Shown: one piece after another, positions 60,801 through 64,000 of the stretch
Layout: each line of letters starts with the position of its first letter
Position numbering within the stretch: position 1 is the first letter of the stretch
From: Gemmatimonadota bacterium
GTDB taxonomy: Bacteria > Gemmatimonadota > Gemmatimonadetes > Gemmatimonadales > GWC2-71-9
DNA: 64,000 bases
Assembly (NCBI GenBank): GCA_039933845.1
Contig: JBDTNH010000003.1
Coordinates: 2,888-66,887 of the forward strand
Reading direction: 5' to 3'
The notes under the pieces: generated by a model
The model's database searches: none
Seen by the model: only the letters and a program-made list of their open reading frames with translations
Told to the model about the DNA's origin: nothing
Program-made: the position numbers and the translations under genes

Positions 60801-61454
60801 GTGCCCGACGCCACGCGCCTCGGAGGGCACACCACTCGTCCCAGCGACCCTTGGCGCGTGGCGCGCCGTGACCTGAGCGCCCGCTGTCCGAAGCTCGACA
60901 CCCTGGTCCGACTCGCCCATCCCGTGGCCCGAGAGATTCCTGACCCTCGGCCAATCACCCATCTCGCGATCCGGACCATTGTTGGCCAGTTGGTCTCGAC
61001 GGCCGCGGCGCGTACCATCACGGGCCAACTGCTCGACGCCCATGGGTCATTCGAGGGTGTGGCCGAGTGGGCCCGCGGTATACCCCTTGACGCCCCATCG
61101 GTCCTCGGACTCTCCCGGGCCAAGCGACGCGCAATTGGGGGGTGGGGCGACTTCATCGCCACGGGAGGCGATCCGCGAGATCGATGGGCTGGGCTTCCGG
61201 CGGAGGAACTGCTCGCGGAAATCATGGCCCTCCGAGGTTTCGGGCGCTGGAGCGCCGAAATGCTGGCGATTTTCGGCTTCGGGCACCCCGATATCTGGCC
61301 TGAAGGTGATGTGGCAGTGATGCGCGTCATGCGACGGCTCTACCCGCGACGCCGACCATCGTCGATTCGGGCGCGGGTGCGGGGGCACTCCACCTACGTC
61401 GCGGTCTGCTGTTGGAGCGTCATTGATCGGGGCCGAGAGCCGGAGCTGGGCTGA
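60801..61454 (+). CDS. HhH-GPD DNA glycosylase (AlkA-like)
   Basis: IVGQLVS, GLSRAK, LRGFGRWSAEM, WPEGD. Confidence 0.82.
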   Translation: MPDATRLGGHTTRPSDPWRVARRDLSARCPKLDTLVRLAHPVAREIPDPRPITHLAIRTIVGQLVSTAAARTITGQLLDAHGSFEGVAEWARGIPLDAPSVLGLSRAKRRAIGGWGDFIATGGDPRDRWAGLPAEELLAEIMALRGFGRWSAEMLAIFGFGHPDIWPEGDVAVMRVMRRLYPRRRPSSIRARVRGHSTYVAVCCWSVIDRGREPELG

Positions 61455-61533
61455 GGGCGCCCCACTCCACGGGCACTTTCCGGGAGCCCAAAGCGCCTTT
61501 AGACTTCTCGTTCAACCGAGACCGGAGTCCCTG

Positions 61534-61641
61534 ATGCACACCCTCCCCGAATTCGCCCAAATTCTGGCCTTCCTCGGCACTTTTGTGTTGGCGTTCGTCC
61601 TCTCGAACGGTCTCGCGCGTGCCAAGGGGTATCGTGAGTAG
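61534..61641 (+). CDS. Candidate 35-aa membrane peptide
   Basis: GGAG RBS; single hydrophobic helix with basic tail. Confidence 0.45.
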   Translation: MHTLPEFAQILAFLGTFVLAFVLSNGLARAKGYRE

Positions 61642-61804
61642 ATCCGTGCTGTAACCACGGCACCTCCCCGCGCATCCTCAGTCGGAGGACGCCAGACACC
61701 CGCGCGCGAGCCGACCACTCCGCCACCTCTCATCCTCCCGACGACCCAATCCGTATATTCGTCTGGGGCCCGGGTGACTTGACTTCCAGCAACCAGCGGA
61801 CGGC

Positions 61805-63598
61805 GTGACAGACCAGCTTCGGGACGACCTGACCACAGCGCTGGGAAGCGCCTACCAGATCGAACGCGAACTCACCGGTGGCGGAATGAGTCGCGTGTTC
61901 GTCGCGCGCGAACAGGCGCTTGGCCGCGAGGTGGTGGTCAAGGTCCTTCCGCCGGAGCTCTCTGCTGGGCTCAATCGCGAGCGGTTCCGGCGTGAGATTC
62001 AGGTCGCGGCGCACCTGTCGCACCCCTATATCGTGCCGTTGCTCCATGCCGGCGAGGCCGGCGAGCTCTTGTGGTTCACCATGCCCTACATCAGCGGCAC
62101 ATCGTTGCGCGAGAAGATCGAGCAGGACGGCGCACTCGGGGTCCGCGAGACGGTGCGCCTGGTCCATGATGTGGTCGAGGCCCTCACCTTCGCGCACTCG
62201 CGTGGCGTGATCCATCGCGACATCAAACCCGGCAACATCCTTACCGACGGCAAGCACGCCATGGTGACCGACTTCGGGGTGGCCAAGGCACTCGGGGCGG
62301 CGCTGCCGTTCACCGGTGTCGCGGGCCATACCACGTCAGGGATGGCGATCGGGACGCCGGCCTACATGGCGCCTGAGCAACTGGCCGCCGATCCTTCGGC
62401 CGACCATCGCGTCGATCTCTACGCGGTCGGACTCTTGATGTACGAGCTGCTCGCCGGCGTCTCACCATTCGACGCACCATCGCCGACGGCGACGATGACC
62501 GCGCAGCTGACCCGTACACCGGAATCGTTGGCGATCCTCAGGGCCGACGTCCCGCCGAAGTTGGCCAGCCTGGTGTCCAGGCTACTGGCCAAGAATCCCG
62601 AGGACCGCCCAGCCGATGCCGCCACCGTGCTCGCCGAGTTGGAGGGAATCGGTGGCTCGATGTTGATCGATGCGCACCGGGAAACCTCGGGGGAGAAGGC
62701 CGCCACCTCGCGCACCAGGAGTGGGATGCTGGTCGCGGCGGCCGTCGCCGTGACGTCGCTCATCGGCGTCGGGCTGTGGGCCAGTGGGGCGGGGGTCTGG
62801 GGGCGCCAGCCGACGGCGGCACAGGTCGAGACCCTCCCGGTTCGCGCACCGCGCGACGGCGACGAAGGCCAGCCGCTCCTCGGCGGAAAGGGACCACTCA
62901 CGCGGGCCGACTCGCTCGCCATCGCGGCCGCGTTGCGTGACGAACTCGCCAAGATCGACCCGGAACCTGCGACCGCGGCCGAAGCGCGGCGTGTCGATTC
63001 GGGCCTCTCCCTCGGTCGGCAGCTCGCCATCGCCGACTCACTCGTCCGGGCCAAACTCGAGGAAATCAATGCCCAGACCAGCGGCACGGTGCGGCGTGAG
63101 TTCGATCGCAGTCGCTTCCAGGGATCCGGCATCGGCCCCACCCCGGGATCGGAGTCGGTCCGTCGCGTGATGGTGGTCAGTGCACCGACCCGGAACCCCG
63201 GGGCGGGGACCTCGACCTACTCGGATTCACTGGCGCACTTGCTGACCGAACTTCTGGGCGAGAGTCCGAGCTGGGATCTCATTGCGGCGCCGACCGGCAG
63301 GCTGTCGATCAAGGACGGCGAGGCACCTCCGGCTGACATCCTGCTCACGGTGGGGGCATCGTCCGAGAGTCCGGACTCGATCGTGCTGCACGTCGGCATT
63401 CGGAACCTCGAGGCAGGCTCGAGTTTCGGTTATCGCGTGATCGCATCTCCCTCGACGGCCAAGTCCGATGCCCAGACCGCCTATCGCAACATCGTGCGCG
63501 AGGCACTCAGCACGCTCGAGAGCGCACGTCGCACCAGCCGCGGCACCGCCTGGCAATTCGATCAGGGCCGCCCCCCGACACCCCCTCGGCAGCCGTGA
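61805..63598 (+). CDS. Hanks-type Ser/Thr protein kinase, single TM
   Basis: GGGMS, VVVK, HRDIKPGN, DFG, YMAPE. Confidence 0.92.
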   Translation: MTDQLRDDLTTALGSAYQIERELTGGGMSRVFVAREQALGREVVVKVLPPELSAGLNRERFRREIQVAAHLSHPYIVPLLHAGEAGELLWFTMPYISGTSLREKIEQDGALGVRETVRLVHDVVEALTFAHSRGVIHRDIKPGNILTDGKHAMVTDFGVAKALGAALPFTGVAGHTTSGMAIGTPAYMAPEQLAADPSADHRVDLYAVGLLMYELLAGVSPFDAPSPTATMTAQLTRTPESLAILRADVPPKLASLVSRLLAKNPEDRPADAATVLAELEGIGGSMLIDAHRETSGEKAATSRTRSGMLVAAAVAVTSLIGVGLWASGAGVWGRQPTAAQVETLPVRAPRDGDEGQPLLGGKGPLTRADSLAIAAALRDELAKIDPEPATAAEARRVDSGLSLGRQLAIADSLVRAKLEEINAQTSGTVRREFDRSRFQGSGIGPTPGSESVRRVMVVSAPTRNPGAGTSTYSDSLAHLLTELLGESPSWDLIAAPTGRLSIKDGEAPPADILLTVGASSESPDSIVLHVGIRNLEAGSSFGYRVIASPSTAKSDAQTAYRNIVREALSTLESARRTSRGTAWQFDQGRPPTPPRQP

Positions 63599-63614
63599 TC
63601 AGGAGTATTTAGGT

Positions 63615-63651
63615 CGCGAACCCAACCGCGGGCAGATGCCCGCGGCTCGGC
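63615..63651 (-). repeat. REP-like hairpin, family B
   Basis: Minus strand GCCGAGCCGCGGGCATCTGCCCGCGGTTGGGTTCGCG. Confidence 0.85.
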
Positions 63652-63659
63652 TAGCGCCC

Positions 63660-64000
63660 CTACTGATCCAGGATCAGCGCGAAGATCAGCGGCGCCACGA
63701 TGCTCGCATCGCTCTCGATGATGTACTTCGGCGTGTCGGCGCGGAGCTTCCCCCAGGTGATCTTCTCGTTGGGCACCGCACCGGAGTACGAGCCGTAGCT
63801 CGTGGTGCTGTCACTGATCTGGCAGAAGTAGCTCCAGACCGGGACCTCCGGGAGCTGCAGGTCCTGGTGCAGCATCGGCACCACACAGATCGGGAAGTCA
63901 CCGGCAATCCCCCCCCCAATCTGGAAGAACCCCACCCCATGACCGGTGGCTTCCTGCTGGTACCATGCCGCAAGCGTCATCATGTACTCGATGCCGGTGC
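63660..64000 (-). CDS. Deoxyhypusine synthase family protein (5' part outside window)
   Basis: IGGGIAGDF, GSYSGAVPNEKITWGK, SDASIVAPL. Confidence 0.88.
   Translation of the reverse strand, partial: TGIEYMMTLAAWYQQEATGHGVGFFQIGGGIAGDFPICVVPMLHQDLQLPEVPVWSYFCQISDSTTSYGSYSGAVPNEKITWGKLRADTPKYIIESDASIVAPLIFALILDQ

Overview
High-GC bacterial chromosomal segment. The gene content (several Hanks Ser/Thr kinase-TM-TPR-like proteins, two tricorn proteases, many secreted hydrolases) suggests Gemmatimonadota, which is an inference. About 60 CDSs are supported: MscS x2, NhaP, a GH15-zwf-ROK-gnd-pgl operon, peptidases, three kinases, LemA/DUF2207, a TetR-HlyD-ABC efflux operon and a partial deoxyhypusine synthase-like gene. 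An accessory region at about 6.84-16.28 kb carries an HNH nuclease, a DUF2075 helicase-like protein, a Nudix enzyme, MNT-HEPN and VapBC toxin-antitoxin pairs, a MerR module and orphan genes. The most unusual signal is non-coding. About 18 arrays of a GAGAA(G/A)C heptamer abut gene boundaries with a near-uniform polarity. They are often fused to one of three palindromic REP-like families, and a RAYT transposase with its own GTAG REPs lies at 51.8-52.75 kb. A candidate ~75-nt sRNA with its own promoter and terminator lies at 4930-5005. No rRNA, tRNA, CRISPR array or integrase was found. All family calls come from reading motifs by eye, not from database searches.
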